A DNA stretch of 64,000 bases from Bacteroidota bacterium (GTDB lineage Bacteria > Bacteroidota > Bacteroidia > Bacteroidales > GCA-2748055). The notes beneath the pieces were generated by a model. That model worked only from the letters and a program-made list of their open reading frames with translations, did no database searches and was not told the origin of the DNA. Numbering within the stretch: the first letter of the stretch is position 1; every line of letters begins with the position of its first letter. The stretch is taken from positions 14,923-78,922 of the forward strand of contig JBMOLL010000015.1 of assembly GCA_049325415.1 (NCBI GenBank), read 5' to 3'. The position numbers were made by a program, and so were the translations under genes. This document shows positions 47,963-57,159 of this stretch, piece after piece.

Positions 47963-49093
47963 TTAATAAACATGGGATTCCTCTTCCATCTCTTTTTCAT
48001 CGATCTTCTTCACATTGATCTTGCTCCAGGCGTACCAGATATAGGCAATTACCACGGGCACGAAAAGCGAGACATAGCTCATGGCCACCAGGGTATAATG
48101 ACTGGAGGAACTGTTGGCTATGGTAAGCGAACTCTGCAGATCGTGTGCGGAAGGATAAAAGGCAGTATGGTTAAATCCGGCGATCAGGAAGAGCGAGAAT
48201 ACCACAAGAATGGTCCCGGGACCGGTTATCCATATCCCTTTTGATCCTCCCTTCAGCAGGCTGAGGATAATCCCCGCCAGAACACCAACGACACCCAGGA
48301 GGAAAAGCACAAGCACCAGCGGCATCTGGAGCAGATTGTGGAGGTATTTGAATTTCTCCATGAAAACCACACCGGTATCCGGATCCACGGCAAAGCCTTC
48401 CCTGATCAGGAGCCATACTGCAAAGACGAGGAAAAAGACGACAAAGGGAATGGCATTGTACAGGAGCCGTTTCCTGGTCCGGGCAATAATCTCCTCATGA
48501 TCGATGCTGTTCATAAAATAAAGCAAGCCCAGCACCCTGGCAAGGAAAAGTACAGTAAAACCAAGCATCAGGTTAAAGGGATCAAGTGCTGCTTCCAGTC
48601 CTCGCGTTCCCTTTGCCCAGGTTACACTGTTCAGGGCATCGAGGGAAAACTCGGCGCCGGAGAAAAAGGTAGCCACGGCCACACCGATCAGGAAGGTTCC
48701 CAGAAAACCGTTGATCATCAGGAAGGCTTCATAGGTCTTCTGACCCAGAAAATTGCTGGCCTTGCTCCGGAACTCATAGGAAACTGCCTGAATTACAAAG
48801 GCAAAGAGGATGGCCATCCAAACCCAGTAAGCTCCGCCGAAACTGGTTGCATAGAAAAGCGGGAAAGAGGCAAAGAAGGCTCCGCCAAAGGTCACCAGGG
48901 TAGTAAAAGTGAATTCCCATTTACGTCCCAGAGTATTTACGATGATGGTTCTCTCCTTTTCGGTTCTGCCGATCCGGTAGATAAAGGTCTGTCCACCCTG
49001 TACAAACATCAGAAAGACCAGGATGGCGCCAAGCAGCGATACGATGATAAACCAGTAATGCTGCAATACGGAAATTGAAAGTGCTTCAAACAT
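47963..49093 (-). CDS. cydB: Cytochrome bd ubiquinol oxidase subunit II
   Basis: 376-aa polytopic ORF immediately after cydA. Confidence 0.93.
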   Translation of the reverse strand: MFEALSISVLQHYWFIIVSLLGAILVFLMFVQGGQTFIYRIGRTEKERTIIVNTLGRKWEFTFTTLVTFGGAFFASFPLFYATSFGGAYWVWMAILFAFVIQAVSYEFRSKASNFLGQKTYEAFLMINGFLGTFLIGVAVATFFSGAEFSLDALNSVTWAKGTRGLEAALDPFNLMLGFTVLFLARVLGLLYFMNSIDHEEIIARTRKRLLYNAIPFVVFFLVFAVWLLIREGFAVDPDTGVVFMEKFKYLHNLLQMPLVLVLFLLGVVGVLAGIILSLLKGGSKGIWITGPGTILVVFSLFLIAGFNHTAFYPSAHDLQSSLTIANSSSSHYTLVAMSYVSLFVPVVIAYIWYAWSKINVKKIDEKEMEEESHVY

Positions 49094-49095
49094 GA

Positions 49096-50655
49096 TTATT
49101 TCCCTCCCGGTCCTTTTTTAATTTGACTTAACATGATTTTGATCTCAGCGATGAACAGCGCTGTGAAGGTGACGAGGAAAATCCAGAAAGTCAGCTGCAC
49201 GGCACCGGAATTGATCTTTGAGACGGCCGAAATGGTCGGCATCAGTTCATAGACCACCCAGGGCTGACGGCCCAGTTCAGCGAGGACCCAGCCTGCCTGA
49301 GAGGCAATCCAGGGCATCGGGATCGTGATCAAAGCCACCCAGAGGAGCCATTTGTGTTTGCCCCACCGGTTCTTCAGGCTCAGGTACAGGGCGATGAGTG
49401 AAAGGATCAGGAAGTGCAGCCCGAGCACCACCATGATATGGAAGGTATAAAAACTCATCTTCACGTTGGGGATCAGTTCATTAATGTTCCTTCCCTGATA
49501 ATAGCCATAGCCGAAATACTGATAGTAGTCTTCCAGCCAAACCGGATCGTAAAAGCGGGCACGCAGTTCGTTATAGGTGGCCGTATCCCCTCTTTCCCTG
49601 GCTTTCTTGAATTCCCGGAGTGTCTCAATGGCAATGGCCCCCCTGCTGATCTTCTCTTCGTAGGACATCAGTCCCTGTTCTTCATTTCCATAAACAAGGT
49701 CGGTTATTCCCGGTACAAAACCGCTCGGGGTAAGAAATACCATGTAAGAAAGGGCACTGGGGATCTGAAACTTGAATATAAACTCTTCCCTGGGGTTCGG
49801 GATGCCAGTACTGTCGATCTTCAGGGCGCCAAAGGCCACAAGCGGTGCATGGGTCTGTCCTTCATAGAGGGCTTCCATGGCAGCAAACTTCATCGGCTGC
49901 TGAAAGGCGATCTTCCGGGCCGAGGTATCCCCCGTAAAGATGGTGGCAATGGCGGCAATCACACCGAAAACAGAAGCCACCAGGGTACTTTTTTTGGCAA
50001 ACAGAACCTCCCTGTTCCTGAGCAGGAACCAGGCGCTGATCCCGATCACCACGATCGCAGCAAGGGTGAAACTGGAGGTGATCGTATGCAGGAACTTGTT
50101 CACGGCGCTGGGGGACAGAAACACCTCCCAGAAACTGGTCATTTCGTTTCGGGCCGTTTCGGGATTGAACCGGGTTCCGACAGGATCCTGCATCCAGGCG
50201 TTGGCAACCAGGATCCAGACTGCCGAAAGGTTTGCACCAATGGCAGTCAGCCAGGTGCTGGCCAGGTGGAATTTTTTCGAAACCTTGTTCCAGCCGAAAA
50301 ACATAACAGCAATAAAGGTCGATTCCATAAAAAAGGCCATGATGCCTTCTATGGCAAGAGGTGCACCGAAAATGTCGCCTACAAACCAGGAATAATTGGA
50401 CCAGTTGGTACCAAACTCAAACTCCAGGATGATACCGGTAGAAACACCGATGGCAAAGTTGATCCCGAAGATCTTCATCCAGAATTTCGTGATCCTTTTC
50501 CACTCTTCGTCACCGGTTTTCACGTAGAGGGTCTCCATAAAGGCTATGATAAAGGAGAGCCCGAGTGTGAGCGGAACAAAGATCCAGTGGAACATGGCGG
50601 TCAGGGCAAACTGCCCCCGCGACCAGTCGATTAATGATAGATCAATTGCTTCCAT
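49096..50655 (-). CDS. cydA: Cytochrome bd ubiquinol oxidase subunit I
   Basis: 519-aa ORF with an N-terminal FHWIFVPLTLG region and ELGRQPWVVY near the C-terminus. Confidence 0.95.
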   Translation of the reverse strand: MEAIDLSLIDWSRGQFALTAMFHWIFVPLTLGLSFIIAFMETLYVKTGDEEWKRITKFWMKIFGINFAIGVSTGIILEFEFGTNWSNYSWFVGDIFGAPLAIEGIMAFFMESTFIAVMFFGWNKVSKKFHLASTWLTAIGANLSAVWILVANAWMQDPVGTRFNPETARNEMTSFWEVFLSPSAVNKFLHTITSSFTLAAIVVIGISAWFLLRNREVLFAKKSTLVASVFGVIAAIATIFTGDTSARKIAFQQPMKFAAMEALYEGQTHAPLVAFGALKIDSTGIPNPREEFIFKFQIPSALSYMVFLTPSGFVPGITDLVYGNEEQGLMSYEEKISRGAIAIETLREFKKARERGDTATYNELRARFYDPVWLEDYYQYFGYGYYQGRNINELIPNVKMSFYTFHIMVVLGLHFLILSLIALYLSLKNRWGKHKWLLWVALITIPMPWIASQAGWVLAELGRQPWVVYELMPTISAVSKINSGAVQLTFWIFLVTFTALFIAEIKIMLSQIKKGPGGK

Positions 50656-50663
50656 AGAAATAT

Positions 50664-50897
50664 TTAGGGGTTAGTAATTTGCTCAATAACATAGTTGCTG
50701 CGTTCTTCATCGGTAGCAAAATTCTTTTTAAGCAGATCCGGGAAGAAAAGAAGCTTAAGAATAACAAACATGATGAAGAGCTTGATCAGAATGATTGCCC
50801 AGAGCTGCCGGCCCCAGGTCATTGTCCGGAAACCCTCAACATAAAACCTCACTACCTTTTTAACTATACTGATCACCTGAAAGTAAAGATTTTTCAT
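50664..50897 (-). CDS. DUF4492 domain membrane protein
   Basis: 77-aa ORF 8 nt upstream of cydA, which is the conserved Bacteroidota position. Confidence 0.7.
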   Translation of the reverse strand: MKNLYFQVISIVKKVVRFYVEGFRTMTWGRQLWAIILIKLFIMFVILKLLFFPDLLKKNFATDEERSNYVIEQITNP

Positions 50898-50941
50898 ACG
50901 AATCTATATGAAAAAATTTAAATATCTACATTTTACTAATC

Positions 50942-50971
50942 AAGACTAATTAAAAATTAAAAGTTAGTCTT
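50942..50971. promoter_or_regulatory. 8-bp inverted repeat AAGACTAA-N14-TTAGTCTT in the cyd/cox divergent intergenic region
   Basis: Perfect arms at 50942-50949 and 50964-50971. They lie about 45-75 nt upstream of the DUF4492-cydAB start. Confidence 0.35.
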
Positions 50972-51130
50972 TTATTTTAAATGCTTCTAAATAAAAAACG
51001 TGGGCGGGGCAAAAGCCCGAAGACACTAAACATTCGAAGACCTGGATTGTTTTTAATCACATAAAAAAACGCTGCTCCTCCGTTGACCCATATGAAGATA
51101 TATTCTTAACTTACAATCCACAACAAGACT

Positions 51131-51916
51131 ATGAAAAGAATATTGTTTTTTTTATTCCTGCCGGCTTTATGCATTTACCTGCCGGCACAGGTGAAATCAA
51201 CCACCGTTGCTGCCGATGATATTGAAATCGGTATCGTTGAAAAACTGGACCAGAACATTCCCCTGGATGTCATCCTCTTTGATGAGAACGGGGATACGGT
51301 CGTCCTCTCCTCCCTTTTCGATAAACCTACGTTGATCTCCTTTGTATATTTCCGGTGTCCGGGTATCTGTTCACCGCTGATGGACGGTATTGCAGAAGTA
51401 ATTGATAAATCGGATCTGGTACTGGGAAAGGATTACCAGGTTCTGACGATCAGTTTCGACCCGCGGGAGGACCGTTTTCTGGCCCAGAAGAAAAAAGCCA
51501 ACTATCTGAATCTGATGCAGAAAAAAGACCTGGCAAGTGCGGGTTGGCACTTCTTCACCGGCGACAGCGCGAACATCAAAAGGCTTACAGATGCCACCGG
51601 ATTCCGTTACAAACCGGCCGGCAATGATTTCGTCCATGCCGCCACGCTGATCTTCACCGATCCGCACGGGAAGATCACACGATACATGAACGGAACCTAT
51701 TTCCTGCCGTTTGAAGTGAAGATGTCGGTTATCGATGCTTCAAAGGGCATTTCCGGGCCCACGATCAACAAGGTGCTGCAGTATTGCTATTCCTATGATC
51801 CTGAAGGACAAAGTTATGTGTTGAATATCACCAAGGTGGCAGGAACCCTGATCCTGTTTCTGGGGCTCATCCTCTTCCTTGTCCTGATACTCGCGAGAAA
51901 AAAGAAAAAAAACTAA
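51131..51916 (+). CDS. SCO1/SenC-family copper chaperone
   Basis: 261-aa ORF with a signal peptide, the CxxxC motif FRCPGICSP, a conserved His (FVHAATLIF) and a C-terminal TM anchor. Confidence 0.88.
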   Translation: MKRILFFLFLPALCIYLPAQVKSTTVAADDIEIGIVEKLDQNIPLDVILFDENGDTVVLSSLFDKPTLISFVYFRCPGICSPLMDGIAEVIDKSDLVLGKDYQVLTISFDPREDRFLAQKKKANYLNLMQKKDLASAGWHFFTGDSANIKRLTDATGFRYKPAGNDFVHAATLIFTDPHGKITRYMNGTYFLPFEVKMSVIDASKGISGPTINKVLQYCYSYDPEGQSYVLNITKVAGTLILFLGLILFLVLILARKKKKN

Positions 51917-51919
51917 ACT

Positions 51920-53533
51920 ATGATGTCTGAATCCTCTCAACAAACAAGCTACAGGAGCTACCTGGAAGAGACAGGGGGCCGGAAAGGCCTTTTCAAATGG
52001 ATCCTTTCCACGGACCACAAGCGGATTGCCCTGCTCTATCTGTATTCTATGATGGCCTGGTTCTTTGTAGGTGTACTGCTCGGTCTGATGATGAAACTTG
52101 AGCTCATTGCACCGGGGCGTACAATAATGGGCCCACAGGCCTATAACAGCACCTTCACCGTTCACGGGGTGATCATGATCTTCCTGATCGTGGTTCCCGG
52201 GCTGCCGGCCGTTTTTGGAAACTTCCTCCTGCCGCTGCAGATCGGGGCACGCGATGTGGCTTTCCCGAGATTGAACCTGTTTTCCTGGTATGTCTATGTA
52301 CTGGGGTCGCTCCTTGTGATCAGTTCACTTTTCCTCGGCGACGGTCCGCCCGATACCGGCTGGACCTTTTACGCCCCCTATAGTTTCAAAACGGGGACCA
52401 ATATGTTGCCGGCAGTGCTCGGAGCATTTGTACTTGGGTTTTCTTCCATCCTCACCGGCCTGAACTTCATCGTAACCATTCACAGGATGCGTGCACCCGG
52501 CATGACCTGGTTCAAGATGCCCCTCTTCCCCTGGACCCTTTACGGCACAGCCTGGATACAGCTTCTCGCCACACCCATCGTAGGTATAACCCTTCTGATG
52601 ATCCTCGCAGAACGCTTGTTTGGCATCGGGTTCTTCGATCCGGCCAAGGGAGGTGACCCGATCCTGTACCAGCACCTCTTCTGGATCTACAGCCATCCTG
52701 CGGTATACATCATGATCCTCCCGGCCATGGGAGCGATCTCCGAGATCATCCCCACCTTTGCGAGAAAAACGATCTTCGGTTATAAGGCCATCGTGATTTC
52801 GACCCTGGCCATTGCCTTTGTGGGCTACTTTGTGTGGGGTCATCATATGTTTACCTCCGGAATGAGCGGCACTGCATTATATACCTTTTCCATCCTTACA
52901 TTTATCGTTGCCATCCCGAGTGCAATCAAGGTGTTTAACTGGATCTCGACCATGCACAAGGGTTCCATCTCCACCGATCCGCCCTTCCTCTGGGCCGCTT
53001 CCTTTATCTTCCTTTTTATGGTCGGAGGTCTGACCGGTCTTGTTCTCGGAGCCCTGGCGACCAATGTTCACCTGCACGATACCGCGTTTGTCGTGGCCCA
53101 TTTCCATTTCATTGTCTTCGGAGGCACGGGTTTTGCCTTCTTCGGAGCCCTTCATTACTGGTTCCCGAAGATCTACGGCAAGATGTATGATTTCAGCTGG
53201 GCCCGTACCGGCTGGATCCTGTTTTTCCTCGGTTTCATCACCCTTTACGGGCCCATGTTTTACCTGGGGATTACCGGGATGCCACGACGCTATTTCGATT
53301 ATCTCGAAGAATATCACGGACCGAACATCATCTCCTCCATCGGTGCTCTGATCATGGTTACCGGCTTCATTATCACCGTTGTGAACCTATTCAAAGCAGC
53401 AAAATCAGGGCCGAAAGCTGAAATGAATCCCTGGGGAGGAACCAATCTGGAATGGAGAGTACCCTCTCCCCCGCCGGTGGAGAATTTCGAGGAAATTCCC
53501 GTTATCGAGAAAGCGACGTATAAAATTGACTAA
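51920..53533 (+). CDS. ctaD: Cytochrome c oxidase subunit I
   Basis: 537-aa ORF with HLFWIYSHPAVYIMILPAMG and VVAHFHFIVFGG. Confidence 0.96.
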   Translation: MMSESSQQTSYRSYLEETGGRKGLFKWILSTDHKRIALLYLYSMMAWFFVGVLLGLMMKLELIAPGRTIMGPQAYNSTFTVHGVIMIFLIVVPGLPAVFGNFLLPLQIGARDVAFPRLNLFSWYVYVLGSLLVISSLFLGDGPPDTGWTFYAPYSFKTGTNMLPAVLGAFVLGFSSILTGLNFIVTIHRMRAPGMTWFKMPLFPWTLYGTAWIQLLATPIVGITLLMILAERLFGIGFFDPAKGGDPILYQHLFWIYSHPAVYIMILPAMGAISEIIPTFARKTIFGYKAIVISTLAIAFVGYFVWGHHMFTSGMSGTALYTFSILTFIVAIPSAIKVFNWISTMHKGSISTDPPFLWAASFIFLFMVGGLTGLVLGALATNVHLHDTAFVVAHFHFIVFGGTGFAFFGALHYWFPKIYGKMYDFSWARTGWILFFLGFITLYGPMFYLGITGMPRRYFDYLEEYHGPNIISSIGALIMVTGFIITVVNLFKAAKSGPKAEMNPWGGTNLEWRVPSPPPVENFEEIPVIEKATYKID

Positions 53534-53544
53534 CCCGACCTTAT

Positions 53545-54159
53545 ATGACACAGGCTGTTATGCATAACGAGCACCGGGACGACCTGGGATCAAAGATCGG
53601 AATGTGGCTGTTTATATTTACGGAACTGCTGCTTTTCGGCGGACTGTTCATAGTCTATTCCGTCTACCGCTACCTCAATTCAACCGCTTTTCACCTGGCG
53701 GCCCATGAGCTGGATGTAACCATCGGAACCATCAATACCGTGATCCTGCTGGTCAGCAGTATGACGGTGGCCATGTCGACCACTGCCATCCAGAAAGGCA
53801 ATAAAAAACTGACATTGGCCCTGCTGGGCGTCACTATCCTTCTGGCCCTGGCCTTCCTGGTAAACAAATACTTTGAATGGGGAGCCAAGATCCACCACGG
53901 ACTCTATCCCGGCTCAGCCGCTCTGGAGGAGCTTGGACGGGGTGATATCCTCTTTTTCGGTCTCTATTTCTTCATGACCGGATTGCATGCCTTCCATATC
54001 ATTGTTGGAGTGGTACTCCTGTCTGTTATCCTCATAAAAACACGAAACGGAAAGATTGCACCCGACAACTTCCAGTTACTGGAAAACGGAGGTCTGTACT
54101 GGCACCTGGTCGACCTGATCTGGATCTTCCTCTTCCCCCTGTTTTATCTGATCACCTAA
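53545..54159 (+). CDS. ctaE: Cytochrome c oxidase subunit III
   Basis: 204-aa 5-TM ORF with GLYWHLVDLIWIFLFPLFYL. Confidence 0.9.
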   Translation: MTQAVMHNEHRDDLGSKIGMWLFIFTELLLFGGLFIVYSVYRYLNSTAFHLAAHELDVTIGTINTVILLVSSMTVAMSTTAIQKGNKKLTLALLGVTILLALAFLVNKYFEWGAKIHHGLYPGSAALEELGRGDILFFGLYFFMTGLHAFHIIVGVVLLSVILIKTRNGKIAPDNFQLLENGGLYWHLVDLIWIFLFPLFYLIT

Positions 54160-54171
54160 TCCTGAAGCATA

Positions 54172-54456
54172 ATGGAAAACGAAAAACATCATATAGTTCC
54201 TTTTAAGACCTACGGACTGATACTGCTGGCCCTGATAGCCCTGACCTTTGTGTCGGTGGCTGTGACCCGGATCGAGCTGACCAGGTGGTCGACAGCCGTA
54301 GCCCTGCTGATCGCCACGGTAAAGGTGGGACTGGTCCTGACCTTTTTCATGCATCTGAAGTTCGACCAGAAGATATTCAGGGTGATGGTCCCCCTCATCT
54401 TCCTGCTGCTGATCATTGTGATTGTCATAACCTTCCTCGATTACCTATACCGTTAA
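54172..54456 (+). CDS. Cytochrome c oxidase subunit IV (prokaryotic small subunit family)
   Basis: 94-aa 3-TM ORF with FMHLKFD, following subunit III. Confidence 0.8.
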   Translation: MENEKHHIVPFKTYGLILLALIALTFVSVAVTRIELTRWSTAVALLIATVKVGLVLTFFMHLKFDQKIFRVMVPLIFLLLIIVIVITFLDYLYR

Positions 54457-54472
54457 CAGAAACCAAGCTGCC

Positions 54473-55426
54473 ATGTATACTTCATCTCCGCAAAATGCTT
54501 CCAATTTTGTTGCCGGCGTCGATCTGGCCTTCCTGATCATTCTTGGTGTGGCTTTCCTTTTTCTGATCTCCCTTACCACCATCATGATTATCTTCATCAG
54601 GAAGTACAGGCGAGATCGTCATCCGGAAGCTGTTCAAAATGAAGGGAATAACCTGCTGGAACTTCTCTGGACCCTGATTCCCGCCCTGCTTGTCCTCGTG
54701 ATGTTTTACTTTGGCTGGATGGGCTGGAAACCGATGAGGACTCCCCCGGAAGATGCCCGCCACGTGAAGGCGATAGCCCGCATGTGGCAGTTCCGGTTTG
54801 AATATGAAAACGGAAAAGTCACCGACAGTCTCTTTGTTCCCGTAGGGGAACCGGTTATCCTCGATCTGGTTGCCCTGGATGTGATCCACAGCCTCTACAT
54901 CCCTTCCTTCAGGGTAAAGGAGGATATGGTTCCCGGCAGGGTCAAGCAGATGTGGTTCACTCCGGGCAGGGTTGGCAATTATGATCTTTTCTGTGCCGAA
55001 TACTGTGGCCTGCAACATTCCTACATGTACACCGGGGTCAAGGTGATGCCGAAGGAAGAATTCGACAGCTGGATTGCCGATACCACAGCCATGGCTCCGG
55101 TTGTTACGGCAGAAATGAGCCCTGCCGATCAGGGCTACCAGCTGATGATCAAAAACGGCTGCAACGCCTGTCACTCCAACGACGGTTCGAAACTCGTGGG
55201 ACCTTCCTACCTTGGGAACTGGGGCAAGTCGCATACGGTGATCACGGGCGGTCAGGAACGCGAGGTAGTAATGGATGAGGAATATGTGATCCGTTCCATT
55301 TTTGATCCTAATTATGACCTGGTTAAAGGTTATAACAAAGGCCTGATGCTGTCCTATAAGGGGCAGATTACAGAAGATGAAGCCAGGCTGATTGCCGGGT
55401 ATATTAAAGCACTCAATGAGAAATAA
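54473..55426 (+). CDS. ctaC: Cytochrome c oxidase subunit II with fused C-terminal cytochrome c (caa3 type)
   Basis: 317-aa ORF with two N-terminal TM helices, the CuA site DVIHSLYIP...CAEYCGLQHSYM and the heme-c motif CNACHS. Confidence 0.93.
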   Translation: MYTSSPQNASNFVAGVDLAFLIILGVAFLFLISLTTIMIIFIRKYRRDRHPEAVQNEGNNLLELLWTLIPALLVLVMFYFGWMGWKPMRTPPEDARHVKAIARMWQFRFEYENGKVTDSLFVPVGEPVILDLVALDVIHSLYIPSFRVKEDMVPGRVKQMWFTPGRVGNYDLFCAEYCGLQHSYMYTGVKVMPKEEFDSWIADTTAMAPVVTAEMSPADQGYQLMIKNGCNACHSNDGSKLVGPSYLGNWGKSHTVITGGQEREVVMDEEYVIRSIFDPNYDLVKGYNKGLMLSYKGQITEDEARLIAGYIKALNEK

Positions 55427-56321
55427 CCGGTTCGTCAGGAAAAGCGCTGCATACCTGAAACTGGGCAAGGCTACCATTTCCCTTCCTGTTGCACTGACAG
55501 CCCTGCTGGGGCATGTCCTGTACCGCTCAGGGCTCAATCCCGACAGTCTTCTGGTTGTTGCCGGGGTATTTCTGCTGTCGCTGGGATCAGCCTCCATAAA
55601 CCAGATCCAGGAAAGAAAAACGGATGCCCTGATGCCCCGCACACGGAACCGACCCCTGCCAGCCGGAATTCTGAGCCTTCCTGAAGCCGTGGTTTTCGCA
55701 GTACTTTGCCTGTCAGCCGGAACCCTCCTCCTCATCCTGAGTGGTCCGCTGCTTGCCGCCCTGCTCGGCTTGTTCACCGCAGGCTGGTATAACCTGGTTT
55801 ATACGCCCCTTAAACGGAAAAGTGCATTTGCCGTTCTCCCGGGCGCCCTGATAGGAGCTCTCCCTCCCCTGATAGGCTGGAGCGCTGCCGGAGGAAATTT
55901 GTTCCATCCTACAATCCTCATGGTGAGCTTTTTCCTGTTTATGGGACAGATGCCACATTACTGGCTCCTGCTGATACGCATCGGGGGAGAATTCAGCCAG
56001 GCAGGTCTTCCGGTTATTACCGACCGTTTTTCAGCCTCACAGATCAGAAATCTCAGTTTCGTATGGATCACGGCAGCCACCGTTACCGTCCTGGTTTTCC
56101 CTGTGACCGGTGTGCTGCTGCACCAGGGAGCTTCCCTGCTGCTGGTTTCCGCCTCGCTTCTTTTTATTGTAAGGATGTTTGTTTATACCTACCGCGATGA
56201 ACTATTTCAGAAATGGAAAAACGCCTTTATTACCGTTAATCTTTTTTACCTCTTTATAATCCTCATTCTTCTGGCTGACAGGCTATGGCCTGACGGCGAG
56301 ATCCTGATTTCACTCCATTAA
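55416..56321 (+). CDS. ctaB: Protoheme IX farnesyltransferase (heme O synthase)
   Basis: ORF 55392..56321, with a likely start at MRNNRFVRK (55416). It has the UbiA-family motif NQIQERKTDALMPRTRNRPL. Confidence 0.85.
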   Translation: MRNNRFVRKSAAYLKLGKATISLPVALTALLGHVLYRSGLNPDSLLVVAGVFLLSLGSASINQIQERKTDALMPRTRNRPLPAGILSLPEAVVFAVLCLSAGTLLLILSGPLLAALLGLFTAGWYNLVYTPLKRKSAFAVLPGALIGALPPLIGWSAAGGNLFHPTILMVSFFLFMGQMPHYWLLLIRIGGEFSQAGLPVITDRFSASQIRNLSFVWITAATVTVLVFPVTGVLLHQGASLLLVSASLLFIVRMFVYTYRDELFQKWKNAFITVNLFYLFIILILLADRLWPDGEILISLH

Positions 56322-56337
56322 CCTAAAACCCATAATC

Positions 56338-56790
56338 ATGAAAGCAGTTAAACTACTCATTCTTTTATTTATCCCCTTGCTCCTGGCCTGTACAAGGCAG
56401 GACGATATCTCCATGAACCCCAATACCGATGAGGTAAAGGATGGGATCTTCGTGCACATCAGCAAGGGACCTGCCGATGTACATGAGGTCATGATGGGAC
56501 TGATGATCGCGAATAAATTCTCCGACACCCATGATGTCATCCTGTTCTTTGATATCGATGGGATCGGGATGGTGCTCGGCGATGCTCCCGATCTGACCCT
56601 GGAGCCCTTTGGCTCATCGGATAAGCTCTTTGAGAAGCTAACAGAGAAAGGGATTAAGATTATGGCGTGCCCGGCCTGTCTGACCACAGCCGGAAAAACG
56701 GCAGCCGACCTCAGGCCCGGCGTCATCGTTGCTGAGAAGGACCTGTTTTTCTCTTTCACAAAAGGACGTATCCTTACACTTGATTATTAA
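56338..56790 (+). CDS. DsrE/YchN-fold-like lipoprotein with a CPAC motif
   Basis: 150-aa ORF with lipobox LLLAC. The body resembles DsrE-family proteins (IMACPACLTTAG). The assignment is tentative. Confidence 0.4.
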   Translation: MKAVKLLILLFIPLLLACTRQDDISMNPNTDEVKDGIFVHISKGPADVHEVMMGLMIANKFSDTHDVILFFDIDGIGMVLGDAPDLTLEPFGSSDKLFEKLTEKGIKIMACPACLTTAGKTAADLRPGVIVAEKDLFFSFTKGRILTLDY

Positions 56791-56808
56791 TCATCTAAAC
56801 ACATTATT

Positions 56809-57159
56809 ATGAAAAAGTTTTTTGCATTTCTGGCCATTGTTCTCCTCGTCAGTGCCTGCGGAGGTGAACAGAAAAAAAACAATGCCGAAGATAATTCAGC
56901 AAATGTGAACATGGCAGCCATGACCAACGTAACCTTTCAGGTGGAAGGAATGACCTGTGAAGGCTGCCAGAATGCCATAGGGAAAAGTGTTTCATCTCTG
57001 AACGGGATCGGAGAAGTGGTTTCCTCCTATCAGGAGGGATGGACCCGGGTAACCTTTGATTCCACCACCACCACCGAAGATGCAATTATAGAAAAAATTG
57101 CAGCGGCCGGTTATACGGTTCTCGGAAAGAAAGACCTTGCCGAACCTTCAGCTGAGTAA
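56809..57159 (+). CDS. Heavy-metal-associated (HMA) domain lipoprotein
   Basis: 116-aa ORF with lipobox LVSAC and the metal-binding motif GMTCEGCQNAI. Confidence 0.85.
   Translation: MKKFFAFLAIVLLVSACGGEQKKNNAEDNSANVNMAAMTNVTFQVEGMTCEGCQNAIGKSVSSLNGIGEVVSSYQEGWTRVTFDSTTTTEDAIIEKIAAAGYTVLGKKDLAEPSAE

Noticed and set aside
47754-47966. 70-aa plus-strand ORF listed between pssA and cydB.
   Set aside because: It has no motifs and overlaps the 5' end of pssA and the 3' end of cydB. The opposite strand holds a compact TM mini-ORF in operon position after cydB, which explains the open frame better.
54482-55777. 431-aa minus-strand ORF spanning ctaC and ctaB. Comparable cases are 49414-50634 opposite cydA, 19745-20893 opposite grpE/dnaJ, 40423-41385 opposite parB and 42687-43544 opposite the lipid kinase.
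   Set aside because: All lie opposite genes with strong family motifs. All have Arg/Gly/Pro-rich, motif-free translations. These are codon-bias shadows, not overlapping genes.
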